From: a virus
Virus record (IMG/VR): IMGVR_UViG_3300013901_000011
Coordinates: 1-28,922 of that record
Reading direction: 5' to 3' (one strand)
Length of the DNA stretch: 28,922 nucleotides
The notes under the pieces were generated by a model, which was not told where the DNA came from, ran no database searches, and saw only the letters and a program-made list of their open reading frames with translations. The translations under genes and the position numbers were made by a program. This document shows, in pieces, positions 17,692 through 26,985 of the stretch (positions are counted from its first letter, which is position 1; every line of letters starts with the position of its first letter).

Positions 17692-18279
17692 TTATTCCTG
17701 CCCTAACTGCATCGCATAGATTTCATTAATCAATATCATAATATGTTTAATATTCTCTTCTAATTCTATTAAATTATCATTATAAAGAGTATCCTCGAAA
17801 GAAAATTCTTGTTCTAAACCATCAAAATCTATATCATCGGCTTTAAAACGTCTAATAATTTCATATACATTAGGGTTTTCTTCACGCTCAAGTTGTCTAA
17901 TCATTCGTTGTTTATCTGAAGCTACAACATAGAATGGAAACAATATAATATCTTGGTTATGTGAAAGTGCCTCAATCCCCGCAGGATTAAACACCCCAAT
18001 ATTTATCTTGCTTTTGGATAAGGAATCATATGAGGTTCCATAAAACCAATTATTAAAGCAAGTGGCTTCCAACATTTCACCTTTAAGCACTTTTTCCGCA
18101 AACTGCTCAGGATTAAGGAAATGATAATTTACTCCATCTTGCTCTCCGCTTCTAGGTTCACGTGTAGTACATGAAACTATCTCGTGGATAAAGGGGGCGT
18201 CTTTTGTAACGCCCTTTAATATTGTATCTTTTCCACTTCCAGCTTTACCAACTAATGCTATAACAATATATTTATTCAT
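17692..18279 (-). CDS. Guanylate-kinase-like nucleoside monophosphate kinase
   Basis: It has a P-loop (VGKAGSGKDT). The NMP-binding block CTTREPRSGEQDGVNYHFL...FAEKVLKGEMLE...YGTS parallels the guanylate kinase TTRxPRxGExDGxDYxF...YGT motif. Confidence 0.65.
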   Translation of the reverse strand: MNKYIVIALVGKAGSGKDTILKGVTKDAPFIHEIVSCTTREPRSGEQDGVNYHFLNPEQFAEKVLKGEMLEATCFNNWFYGTSYDSLSKSKINIGVFNPAGIEALSHNQDIILFPFYVVASDKQRMIRQLEREENPNVYEIIRRFKADDIDFDGLEQEFSFEDTLYNDNLIELEENIKHIMILINEIYAMQLGQE

Positions 18280-19622
18280 CTTCTTCTAAGCCTTGATACC
18301 TTTCTGTTTTTAATAACAAATCTCCATTATCTTCTAACTTATCAATTTTATATAATTGATGTCCACCACTAGAAGCATATTTTTTAGCCACAAATTCATC
18401 TCCGCTTCTTATACCTTGTACTACAATCATATTTCCGCGGTTAAACCAACTGCGTTCCACCACGTGTTTAGCTCCATCCGCGCCACGCTCAGATATCTGC
18501 TTATCAAAGAGAGAGAAATATTCTTTTCTAAACTTAACGCTAACAACCCCATCAGTTGTTAACAAAGATACAGTTCCTTTATCCTTATTTTTTGCAATAC
18601 AAGTTCCGCAGATTTTGAATAACTTAAACATCTTAATCTCTTTATTGCCTTTGTAGAATACTTTATCTACTATTGGCTGCTCTGGAATATCTTTGAAATT
18701 GGTTAAGCCATATTTGCCCATATTAACATGCGCCAATTCATGTTCATGATAATAGAAACATAATGCTTCCATTTCCCAAGATGAATAATTTCCTTCTGCA
18801 TAATTTTTCCAATCTGCATAAAAAATTCTTTCATTCAAATTTTGTAAGATTTTTTCTTTATCTCCCGCAATCCAATTTCTAAAAACATCCATTTCTTTGT
18901 GATAAACTCGTTCCCAAGTTTTTACATTTAATTTATTTCCATCCTCAATAAGCCCTTCTTTTTCAATCTCTGCCAAGAAATCCATTGAACGCTCATCAAG
19001 AATAAAATGAGTTGTGGTTTTAGATGGTTTACACATAGCTTTTAAGTATCTATTAAATTCATAGATTCTTCTAGCTAAAATCTTTTCATCTGTATCTTCT
19101 GGCAATAAACCATAACGAATTAAACCTGGAAGATTAGACAATGTAAGATTTTTCTTCTTATCACAAGTTTCCCATATGAACCAAGCCATAGCTAATTTTC
19201 TATCCATAAAAGTATCAAATGCTCCACCTTTAATCAAAGAAATCATAGCTTGTTTATTTGGTTTAACTTTATAATAATAATCTTTTATTGATATATATGG
19301 ACGATTTTGAATAGTTCTTTCAATTACATCATCACCAACATTCAACATAGCTTTCAATCCAAAAAGAATCTTATTATGTTTAATATCTGGCTTAAATCCA
19401 AAATCAGAAGTATTAATATCAACTAAAGAAATCTTAGTATCTGTCTGCATAATTTTACCAATAGCATTTGCAATCTTGGTATAATCTGTGCTTCCATTTG
19501 CCTCAAGCTCTCCACTGTCTGTAATGAGACAAGCTGTATTCCATAAAATAGTGGGATAATGATATGCCAGATTCATCTCTTGCAAAGCTACTAATGAATA
19601 AGCTAATGTATGAGACTGATTG
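18272..19622 (-). CDS. dnaE: DNA polymerase III alpha subunit (DnaE-type), exon 3 (C-terminal part). The exon's 5' end is inferred.
   Basis: The frame upstream of the TTG at 19585 continues as ...NQSHTLAYSLVALQEMNLAYHYP..., which matches the DnaE FNKSHAxAY...AYLKxHYP region. It ends with an OB-fold-like C-terminus. Confidence 0.65.
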
Positions 19623-20856
19623 CTTTTTTAAATTAAAAAACTGACTATTTTTTACACACTTCGTTCTAGGAGCCACCTAGAGTGCGCATACTATTTCGGT
19701 TTTCATAGGCTTCGTTTCCTAAAACCTAGCCACGTATCAATAGTGACCCTACTCCCAGTCTCACCCGGGATAGTCGATACAACATTTTTAAAAGAGAGTA
19801 TTCCAAATTTTTTTATTTTCTTCTTTATTTTTATTTAATGGATAAATAAATCTATCATCTTTTCTATTACGTCCAGTATTTAATGCAGTTATAGTACTTT
19901 TAGCTTTAGAATATTTTTCACCGATTTGAGCATGAGTTAAACTTGAAAAAATTAAATCATATTTAGCATCATGGCTCCAAGCGCCATCTGAACAGCTCTT
20001 TTTACATAAAGGATATTTTAATGTTTCATCAAACCATTTTTCTCCTTTATTAATCATACTAATATAACCCGCAGAAATTCCATACTTTGCAGAAATTATT
20101 TTATATTCAATACCTTCAGCAATATCTGATATAATATTTTCTTTTGTTTCTTTAGAAAACTTAGTATGTAAAGTTGCTAATGGATAAGTTAAACTTTCAT
20201 CTTTAAAATTTAATCCTAAATTTATATTAGAAAGAAAACTGTCTGTTAATTGTGGAAATATCTTTTTAATTTCAAAATATTCATAACCATCTATTAACAT
20301 TTGATGTATTTTTTTTACATCATCTAAAGTAAAAATATGAGATAGCTTTACTTGTTGTTCAAGAGTTAATTTTGGTTTTGCACATCCATCTCCGCCTTTA
20401 GTTATATTATAACCATTTTGCGTAACTAAACTTTTATAATAGGAAATAAAATATATTTCTCTTTCATTTAAATAATCTCTTCCAAAGCTGTCATCTATTT
20501 CTTCTATTATCTCAAAATCAAAATTTTCATACCCATATTTTCTTATAGCACAATGAAATGGTAAATTATATCCACTAGCTTTCTTATTAAAAGATTCTGA
20601 TTTATGACCTCTACATCTTTTAGCTATATCATTTGTTTGTCCTATATATATCTTACCATTTATCTTATTGGTAAATTTATAAATATATAACATTGTCTCC
20701 CTCCTTTCTTTGGAAATATATTTAGTCTCTTTTAAATTTGTCACGAGATTTTACCCTCGTTAGCCATATACTACTTTTTCTGGCTAAGAATTAAGTTTTT
20801 AATTGTATATGACCCCGCTGATAAGCGGTTAAGTATGTTGGGTCCAATCTTACTCA
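19623..20856 (-). mobile_element. Group I self-splicing intron 2 in dnaE (boundaries inferred, ±10 nt), with an embedded GIY-YIG homing endonuclease gene
   Basis: Splicing at ...GGGTT | ...AAAAAG | CAATCAG... restores the GYGF-NQSH coding. The 5' exon ends in U and the intron ends in G. The non-coding flanks are 112 nt and 165 nt. The 3' flank contains a gtatcgactatcc motif that intron 1 shares. Confidence 0.55.
19788..20744 (-). CDS. GIY-YIG homing endonuclease (intron-encoded, I-TevI-like with NUMOD/helix-turn-helix C-terminal modules)
   Basis: The N-terminal YIYKFTNKINGKIYIGQT...NEREIYFISYY...GYNITKGG is a GIY-YIG domain. The C-terminal LTHAQIGEKYSKAKSTITALNTGR is a helix-turn-helix-like module. 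It has its own ribosome-binding site (aaggaggga). Confidence 0.8.
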   Translation of the reverse strand: MTNLKETKYISKERRETMLYIYKFTNKINGKIYIGQTNDIAKRCRGHKSESFNKKASGYNLPFHCAIRKYGYENFDFEIIEEIDDSFGRDYLNEREIYFISYYKSLVTQNGYNITKGGDGCAKPKLTLEQQVKLSHIFTLDDVKKIHQMLIDGYEYFEIKKIFPQLTDSFLSNINLGLNFKDESLTYPLATLHTKFSKETKENIISDIAEGIEYKIISAKYGISAGYISMINKGEKWFDETLKYPLCKKSCSDGAWSHDAKYDLIFSSLTHAQIGEKYSKAKSTITALNTGRNRKDDRFIYPLNKNKEENKKIWNTLF

Positions 20857-22049
20857 AACCCATAACCCTTGCTCATAGATACTAATACCTCCCATACATA
20901 TTTTGCGAAATTAGGTTTAATTCCCTTCTCTGCGGTTATTTTATAAAATTCTTCAGTTAATTTATCGAAAGCCGCGGGATTCTTTTTAGCAATAGATTTA
21001 CGTAACCCATCTGCCCAGGTTAGAGAAAAACCGCCGAGTTCTGGAAGCTGTACAAGCTCCATAAACTGTTCCTGTGCGATACATAAACCATAAGAAGAAT
21101 CAAGAATTGGTTCAAGAATTTCTTTTTCCTTTTCACCTAAACTCCATTTCGCAAGCTCTTTATCCCAAGCTGTAGGGTCGTTTTTAAATCTAGCTAATTT
21201 GTCTGTTGGCATCTCTGTACTACCTTCTTGCGCCATAAGTCGAATAGTTGAATTTAGTACTGCTAAGTCATCGACTGAAGTTGGCTTTAAAGTTGTAATA
21301 CCTTTGATACCACTTTGCTTTTCCATCTGGAATAATGAAAGAATCTTATGTTGCCAAATCATCTTCCACATTTCTTTAGAATCTCTATCTATTTTATAAA
21401 TCCCAAGAACTTTTTCATATGTTTCTTTTAATGTTGGTTCTGGTGTAACATAACCATCTTCTACAAGTAAATTAAGACAAACATGAATCTTATCTTCAGC
21501 CTCAACTGAAAGTGCATCATATTTAATTAATGATACATCTTCTGCATCATGCAAGTCAAACTGTGTACAAATAGTTCCATCAGGTGCACGCATCAGACCA
21601 GTAGAGTTTGTAAATGGTTCATCTACAAAGATAACTCCACCTGCGTGAATACCAGATCCGCAAATTAATCCTTCAATCTTCTGCGCGACTTCCCATAATT
21701 CAGGATAATCGTCTCTCATGGCTTTCACAAAGGACGCTACTGGTTTCATATCTTTTTCTTCATCACCATAATAGACCTGTTTTAAAGTTCTTAGCTGTCC
21801 TCTATCTGCTGGAATTAAACTTGCTAAATACTGAGCCTCATCGACATCAATTTTTAATCCTCTCGCCGCAGTTAAGATAGCCGCTTTACTCTTTTCAGTT
21901 CTAAAAGTTGTTACATTAGCTACTCTATCTTCACCATAAAATTCTCTAAACTTATTTAATACCGCAGAACGTTTAGACCCTTCAATATCAAAATCTACGT
22001 CTAAGACGGATACACGCTCTGGATTTAAAACATAATACTCCTTTGTCAC
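20857..22049 (-). CDS. dnaE: DNA polymerase III alpha subunit (DnaE-type), exon 2 (boundaries inferred)
   Basis: ...LNPERVSVLDVDFDIEG...GIHAGGVIFVDEP...TQFDLHDAEDVSLIKYDALSVEA... matches the DnaE palm/thumb region. It ends ...SKGYGF immediately before an in-frame stop. Confidence 0.65.
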
Positions 22050-23025
22050 CAAAGGTACTGACTATCTCTTACTCTCCAATATATTCTACAAATAAACCTA
22101 AATATTTTTTATTTTTTCTTATTCTGTCACAAATTTCTTGACGAACTATTTTAGGATTCGTCATTTTAGTATATTTATTTTCAATTAACCAATTAGCTGC
22201 TTCAGTGGTAGTTTGAAATTCAAATTTTGTACCATCATTATTAATAAATCTAACTGGTTTTGATTGTTGTTGGGCAGGCGTAAATCTTTTTACTCCGTTT
22301 TCATTTAAAATTCTATCTATGGTGGAATGGTCACAACCAATTTCTTTTGCAACTTTACGAGCAGATTTTAATTCATAATATTTTTCAATAATATCATCTA
22401 CATCCCAATTATATAATTGAGTTGCTCTTCCACCTAAAGTTGAATTATAACCATTAAAATAACTATCATAAAATTCTATCCAATATTTTTCTCTTTCATC
22501 TAATTTATCGTTTGGAACTTCCTCTAAAACTTCACAAATAAAATTTTCAATTCCATACTTGTTAAAAGCTTTATATAATACTATTTGAGAAAAATAATCT
22601 TTATTACTATTATTTTTATGTTGCTGAAAACGTTTATTTACTGTTTTTATTGTTTGCCCAATATAAATTTTATTATTAAGTTTGTTTGTAATTTTATAAA
22701 TAAATCCCATAATTTCTATCTCCTTTTTAATTTGATTAGAATATTATGGAGAGTCCACGCGCTTCGAATAGTGATAAAATCTATTCTACATCCTTACACT
22801 CATCAGGATTAGTCGATACACTCCTTACCTTTCATTGGCTCTCCAATAGAAAGTAAAAAGCACGGTATAAAGTTTAATTAAAACTGTCCACCGTTAGCAA
22901 AGAATATAAATTCTTCACACCGCTTTATCATGCGTTCACGCAGTTTATTTTGAGCTTGTCGCCAAGCAAAGGAGGCCTTTAAACCGAACGGTTAACCTCC
23001 AAGCAAAAGTTCTAGTCTTTTCCCT
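22050..23025 (-). mobile_element. Group I self-splicing intron 1 in dnaE (boundaries inferred, ±15 nt), with an embedded GIY-YIG homing endonuclease gene
   Basis: Exon 1 coding stops making DnaE sense immediately after GITQINPL, and the 5' exon ends in U. About 315 nt of non-coding sequence precedes the homing endonuclease gene and contains a gtatcgactaatcc motif. The intron ends in G just before ...VTKEYYVLNPER. An in-frame stop lies 3 codons upstream of the exon 2 frame. Confidence 0.5.
22069..22710 (-). CDS. GIY-YIG homing endonuclease (intron-encoded)
   Basis: GFIYKITNKLNNKIYIGQT...EREKYWIEFYDS...GYNSTLGG is a GIY-YIG domain. The C-terminal SARKVAKEIGCDHSTIDRIL is a helix-turn-helix-like module. 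Confidence 0.8.
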   Translation of the reverse strand: MGFIYKITNKLNNKIYIGQTIKTVNKRFQQHKNNSNKDYFSQIVLYKAFNKYGIENFICEVLEEVPNDKLDEREKYWIEFYDSYFNGYNSTLGGRATQLYNWDVDDIIEKYYELKSARKVAKEIGCDHSTIDRILNENGVKRFTPAQQQSKPVRFINNDGTKFEFQTTTEAANWLIENKYTKMTNPKIVRQEICDRIRKNKKYLGLFVEYIGE

Positions 23026-24312
23026 AAGTGGATTTATTTGTGTAATACCTAACACATAGAGAAGAATAAATCCAACACCAGAACCACGACCTGGCCCGAC
23101 TAAAGAACCAGCTTCCCAGCATAAATCAATAATCTGCTGAAGATTAAGATAATATGCTGACCAATGTGCTTTATTCACATTTGAGGAAATCCATGTCATT
23201 TCAAGATTACTATTAATTTCATCATATGATTCCTGATTCTGTAAGTCTGAATGTTCTGCAATACCATCAAGAATTGCTTTAACGAGTTCTCTATCACCTA
23301 CAAAATCTGATTCATTGAATGTTTTTAACATTGGAATCTTCTCTATCCAATCTGTAGTTAATTGAGAATGATAAGTTTTCCATTTTAAAGAAGGAATCTT
23401 TAAAGGTTTTAAAATTGAATAATCTTCACATTTTTCCTTTATTTCTAATATGTTTTCATATGCAGTATCTAATTCTTCTCTGGTTAATTCTAAATGCTCT
23501 TCAAGGTCATCTGTATCCATAAGATAAGTTGTCGCATAAAAAGCATCTACCTCACGTTCCTTATCCTGAGAATTAAGATACGCTTTATGAATTTCTCTAT
23601 CTTCTTTTTTAAGATAATGACTATCTGTTGTTATAATATATGGAATCTTTGTATGATTTGATAATTCAATTAATTTACGATTAACATAAGTTTGTTCCTT
23701 AGATACAGAAGGTTGTAATTCTAAATAAAAATTACCTCTTCCAAATACAGATTCCATAAGATAACACCAATTAATAATTTTTAACCATAAGGCTTCTGAA
23801 TCTGTTTGCTGATATTTTAAAATTTGAGTTGGTAACATACCACCTAGACATGCGGAAGACCCAATTACATGACCTGGATTTTCCTTAATTACATCTAATA
23901 AATCTTGATAATATGTAGGAACTCTTCTTTGTCCACCTGCCATATAACTGCGGTGCCATGCTCTTGTAGAGATTTCACAAATTTGCTGATAGCCAACTAA
24001 GTCTTTCGCTAATAAGATAAAGTGGTAATATTTATCTTCACCTTTAACGAAGTTAGTCTCATTCAGTCCATCTCTACAAAGATAAATTTCGTTACCCATT
24101 ATAACTTTTAATGGGATATTTTTCTCTTTTATTTTCTTATATATTTTCTCTACCCTAACCGCAGATGCAATAGTTTCATGGTCAGTTATCGCTACAACAG
24201 AATGACCTAATTCAGCCGCACGGTAAATTAGGTCATCTTCGTGAATAATACAGTCCAGTAAACGAAGATTTGACATCTGGGTATGATTATGCAGTGACCC
24301 TGGATATAACAT
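23026..24312 (-). CDS. dnaE: DNA polymerase III alpha subunit (DnaE-type), exon 1 (PHP domain plus the start of the polymerase core)
   Basis: The N-terminal PHP motifs are present (HNHTQMS...AITDHETI). ...GPGRGSGVGFILLYVLGITQINPL corresponds to the conserved GPGRGSAAGSLVAY-LGIT-IDPL motif. The ORF continues into intron sequence and reaches a stop at 22945. Confidence 0.7.
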
Positions 24313-24374
24313 TCACACTCTATCCTTTTCTTAAAAAATTCTTTTACTTATATATATTACTAAATTTTTTAATA

Positions 24375-25013
24375 TCAATCAATTAAAGTATACTTCCGAC
24401 CGGTCATTTCTTCATAGATACCAACCCAAGTATAAAATAAAGGCTGATACATGCGCGGAACCCATTCAAAAGACTGGCAAATAATTAAAATATCAGTATT
24501 TTTAACCAATTCAATTAAAGAATAATCTTTAAGTAAATGGTCTTCAACTTCATAAAATTCAGTAACTTCATCAGGCAAAACATCTGATAAAGGGTTTGAT
24601 ACCCAATCATAATGATTAATTACTTTAGTATCAAAAAGTTTCTTTGCCCAATTCCCGCACTGAGCCTTTCCTACTATTGGTTTTGTCCAATCTTCAATCT
24701 CATAGCCCATATCGTGATGATGGTCAATATTCACAAGGTTTGCATCTCTATATTTACTCACCAATGGAACAATCTGTTCATGTGAACGAATAAACTGAAT
24801 TTTGTCTTGCGGCAATGCTTTTATAACATCTACAATATATCTTGTAAGATACTCATAAATATTCAAATTCGCAGGCATATTGCTTAAAAAGGGATAGTCT
24901 TCGATTATACTATCCACTTTAAAATCTTCATTAACTGCATTATTATATACTCCAATGCTTGGTCCCATAATAATGTCAAAATCTATTGTAACTATATTCA
25001 TGTTTCCCTCCAT
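24375..25013 (-). CDS. Hypothetical protein with a His cluster (NIDHHHDMGYEIEDW), possibly a metal-dependent enzyme
   Basis: A 212-aa ORF translationally coupled to the helicase gene upstream in the operon. No family is recognised. Confidence 0.45.
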   Translation of the reverse strand: MEGNMNIVTIDFDIIMGPSIGVYNNAVNEDFKVDSIIEDYPFLSNMPANLNIYEYLTRYIVDVIKALPQDKIQFIRSHEQIVPLVSKYRDANLVNIDHHHDMGYEIEDWTKPIVGKAQCGNWAKKLFDTKVINHYDWVSNPLSDVLPDEVTEFYEVEDHLLKDYSLIELVKNTDILIICQSFEWVPRMYQPLFYTWVGIYEEMTGRKYTLID

Positions 25014-26209
25014 TAATCCGCAAGAACTACAAGTTTAACGCCAGCTCTAGTGCAAGCCGTGTACATAGCAGAACGGTGTTCAGCTTTATCAAATGGAAAC
25101 CCTTCCTCAAGTGCCAATACTTTAGGCCATTCACTACCTTGTGCTTTCCAAAAAGTTAAAGCATATCCATATGTAAGCTCTTCTGGAATCATATCTTTAT
25201 ACTTTGTCTTATTTACCTTATATTTCATTTTGTTATCTAAAATAGGAATACCAGTAGTGATACATTGTTCATCGCAATGTAAATCATCAAAAACGTCACC
25301 ATAATCTGTAACGAAAGTTCCATTCAAATAAGCAACCCTATTTTCTGGAATACCAAAAAAACTAAACCGCTCAGGTAAATAAAATGCTTCATAACTAAAA
25401 TCATTTAAAGTCCCAACGCATCCATTAGTCAGATAACCACCTTTATCTGACATAATATCCCAATTATTTCTAAGGACAATAAGTTTTTCACCTTTTTCTA
25501 TTGGTGCAGTATATCCTCTTAATTGTCTTGCAATTTGATTAAGCTGATTGCGGGTTTTATTTGTAGCACATAAAGTTTGGTCAGCCCAATTTAGCATAGT
25601 TGGATCAAATTCTTTTTTTGGTAAAACAATAGCATCATCAGATTTGAAACCACTAATAGATTCACCTTCACGAATTCGCATACTTAAACGAATAATACCA
25701 CTTTCCTGTGCCTGTCTCATAATTTCATCAAGAAAAATATGAGGACTATATAAAAGATTATTATTCTGACTTTTTTCGATTGGCGGAAGCTGACCTGGGT
25801 CGCCGCAGAAAATTATATAAACCGGATAACTCAAAAGCAATTTTGTCATATCCATCGGAAGCATAGAGCATTCGTCTACAACAACGACCTTTGCCTCTAT
25901 ATATTCTACTGGCTCTCTTGTAAATTTTCCATTAGGGAGGGGTCTAGTTTTATATAATAGCTTATGTGCGGTTTTACAATTAGGATTTCCTTTCTGACGC
26001 AAAACTTCAGCAGCTTTGCCCGTATATGCGCAATAAGCTACATCTAATTCTGGGTCAACTCCATAAGAAGAAAGGGCTGAAATAATAAATCTGATAAGTG
26101 TTGACTTTCCGGACCCCGCATATCCAGAGATTACGGTACACTTTTCTCCATCAAGGTATCTTTGAACTGCAATTTTAAGCCCTTGCTCCTGGCGTAATGT
26201 AAGTTCCAT
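25013..26209 (-). CDS. RecD/Dda-like superfamily 1 DNA helicase
   Basis: Walker A is GYAGSGKST, Walker B is VVVDECSML, motif III is CGDPGQLPPI, and the C-terminus YALTFWKAQGSEWPKVL...YTACTRAGVKLVVL is typical of RecD/Dda/TraA-type helicases. Confidence 0.75.
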   Translation of the reverse strand: MELTLRQEQGLKIAVQRYLDGEKCTVISGYAGSGKSTLIRFIISALSSYGVDPELDVAYCAYTGKAAEVLRQKGNPNCKTAHKLLYKTRPLPNGKFTREPVEYIEAKVVVVDECSMLPMDMTKLLLSYPVYIIFCGDPGQLPPIEKSQNNNLLYSPHIFLDEIMRQAQESGIIRLSMRIREGESISGFKSDDAIVLPKKEFDPTMLNWADQTLCATNKTRNQLNQIARQLRGYTAPIEKGEKLIVLRNNWDIMSDKGGYLTNGCVGTLNDFSYEAFYLPERFSFFGIPENRVAYLNGTFVTDYGDVFDDLHCDEQCITTGIPILDNKMKYKVNKTKYKDMIPEELTYGYALTFWKAQGSEWPKVLALEEGFPFDKAEHRSAMYTACTRAGVKLVVLAD

Positions 26210-26520
26210 TAGAGAATCTCAACCACCTTTCCATAAATATTGCGTTTTGTAATCCAACCATTTACATGCCCATGATTATTTGAAATCTGAAACTGATTAT
26301 TATTTCTAATAGCCGTTATTTTGTGTAAATAAAAATGTCCATTTACTTTACAAAATACAATGTCATTTTTCTTTAATTCTACATTATCTGCGGGAATGAC
26401 TCTTACTGGCTGCCCTGATTTCAGAATAGGAGTCATGGACTGACCAAAGCCTGTGACGATACATTCCTCACCTTTTTGAAGATGAATAGCTGTAATTAAA
26501 TTTTCTTTTCCTTCATACAT
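26209..26520 (-). CDS. S24 (LexA/UmuD-like) peptidase domain protein with no DNA-binding domain
   Basis: VTGFGQSMTPILKSGQPVRV...NDIVFCKVNGHFYLHKI fits the S24 fold pattern (G-x-S-M-x-P ... G-D-I-V ... K). It is only 103 aa long. Confidence 0.45.
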   Translation of the reverse strand: MYEGKENLITAIHLQKGEECIVTGFGQSMTPILKSGQPVRVIPADNVELKKNDIVFCKVNGHFYLHKITAIRNNNQFQISNNHGHVNGWITKRNIYGKVVEIL

Positions 26521-26900
26521 TAGTCATGTTCCCCCAGTAAATCGTCTAAAATTTGGCAAAAACGCATAAAATCTCTTTGTGCACGTTTATCAGCTCTTTC
26601 TTTTGCGGTATATGGGTCTTTCCCTATCTTTCTATCTTCCATTGCTTCAAGTTCAGCCTGCTTATATCTGGATTCTTTAAACCGCAATACCAAACTATCA
26701 TAACCATAGCCTTTTACTTTTTTATTATTCTTTTCTTCTGCTTTTTGGATAGCTTCCTCTTTCTCTCTTTTAGCGTCCTCTTCTTTAGACACTCTAATTA
26801 AGTCTGTAAGATAAGCTGCCACGATACTCATTGTCATACTTGTTTTTGATTTTTCTTCTGCTCTACTTTTGTATAATTCTAACTGTTCTGTTCTAATCAT
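26520..26900 (-). CDS. Hypothetical charged protein
   Basis: This ORF is the first gene after the AT-rich promoter-like intergenic region. No motif is recognised. Confidence 0.4.
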   Translation of the reverse strand: MIRTEQLELYKSRAEEKSKTSMTMSIVAAYLTDLIRVSKEEDAKREKEEAIQKAEEKNNKKVKGYGYDSLVLRFKESRYKQAELEAMEDRKIGKDPYTAKERADKRAQRDFMRFCQILDDLLGEHD

Positions 26901-26947
26901 ATTCTTTACCTCTTTATTTTTTATACATTATTATTATACTATATTAT

Positions 26948-26985
26948 TAAAATAAAATAAAGACAAGTCATATTTAACTTGCCTT
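26948..26985 (-). terminator. Rho-independent terminator for the recJ-like gene (read on the - strand)
   Basis: On the - strand the hairpin is aaggcaagt-taaatat-gacttgtctt with one mismatch. It is followed by ttattttattt. TATAAT-like boxes lie further downstream on the - strand. Confidence 0.45.

Noticed and set aside
18272-24312. Could the dnaE interruptions be inteins, or three independent genes?
   Set aside because: The intervening endonuclease genes are free-standing with their own ribosome-binding sites and stops and are out of frame with the host exons. Both gaps have non-coding flanks and U/G splice-site signatures. Inteins would be in-frame fusions. Independent fragments would not each begin or end in the middle of universally conserved DnaE motifs.
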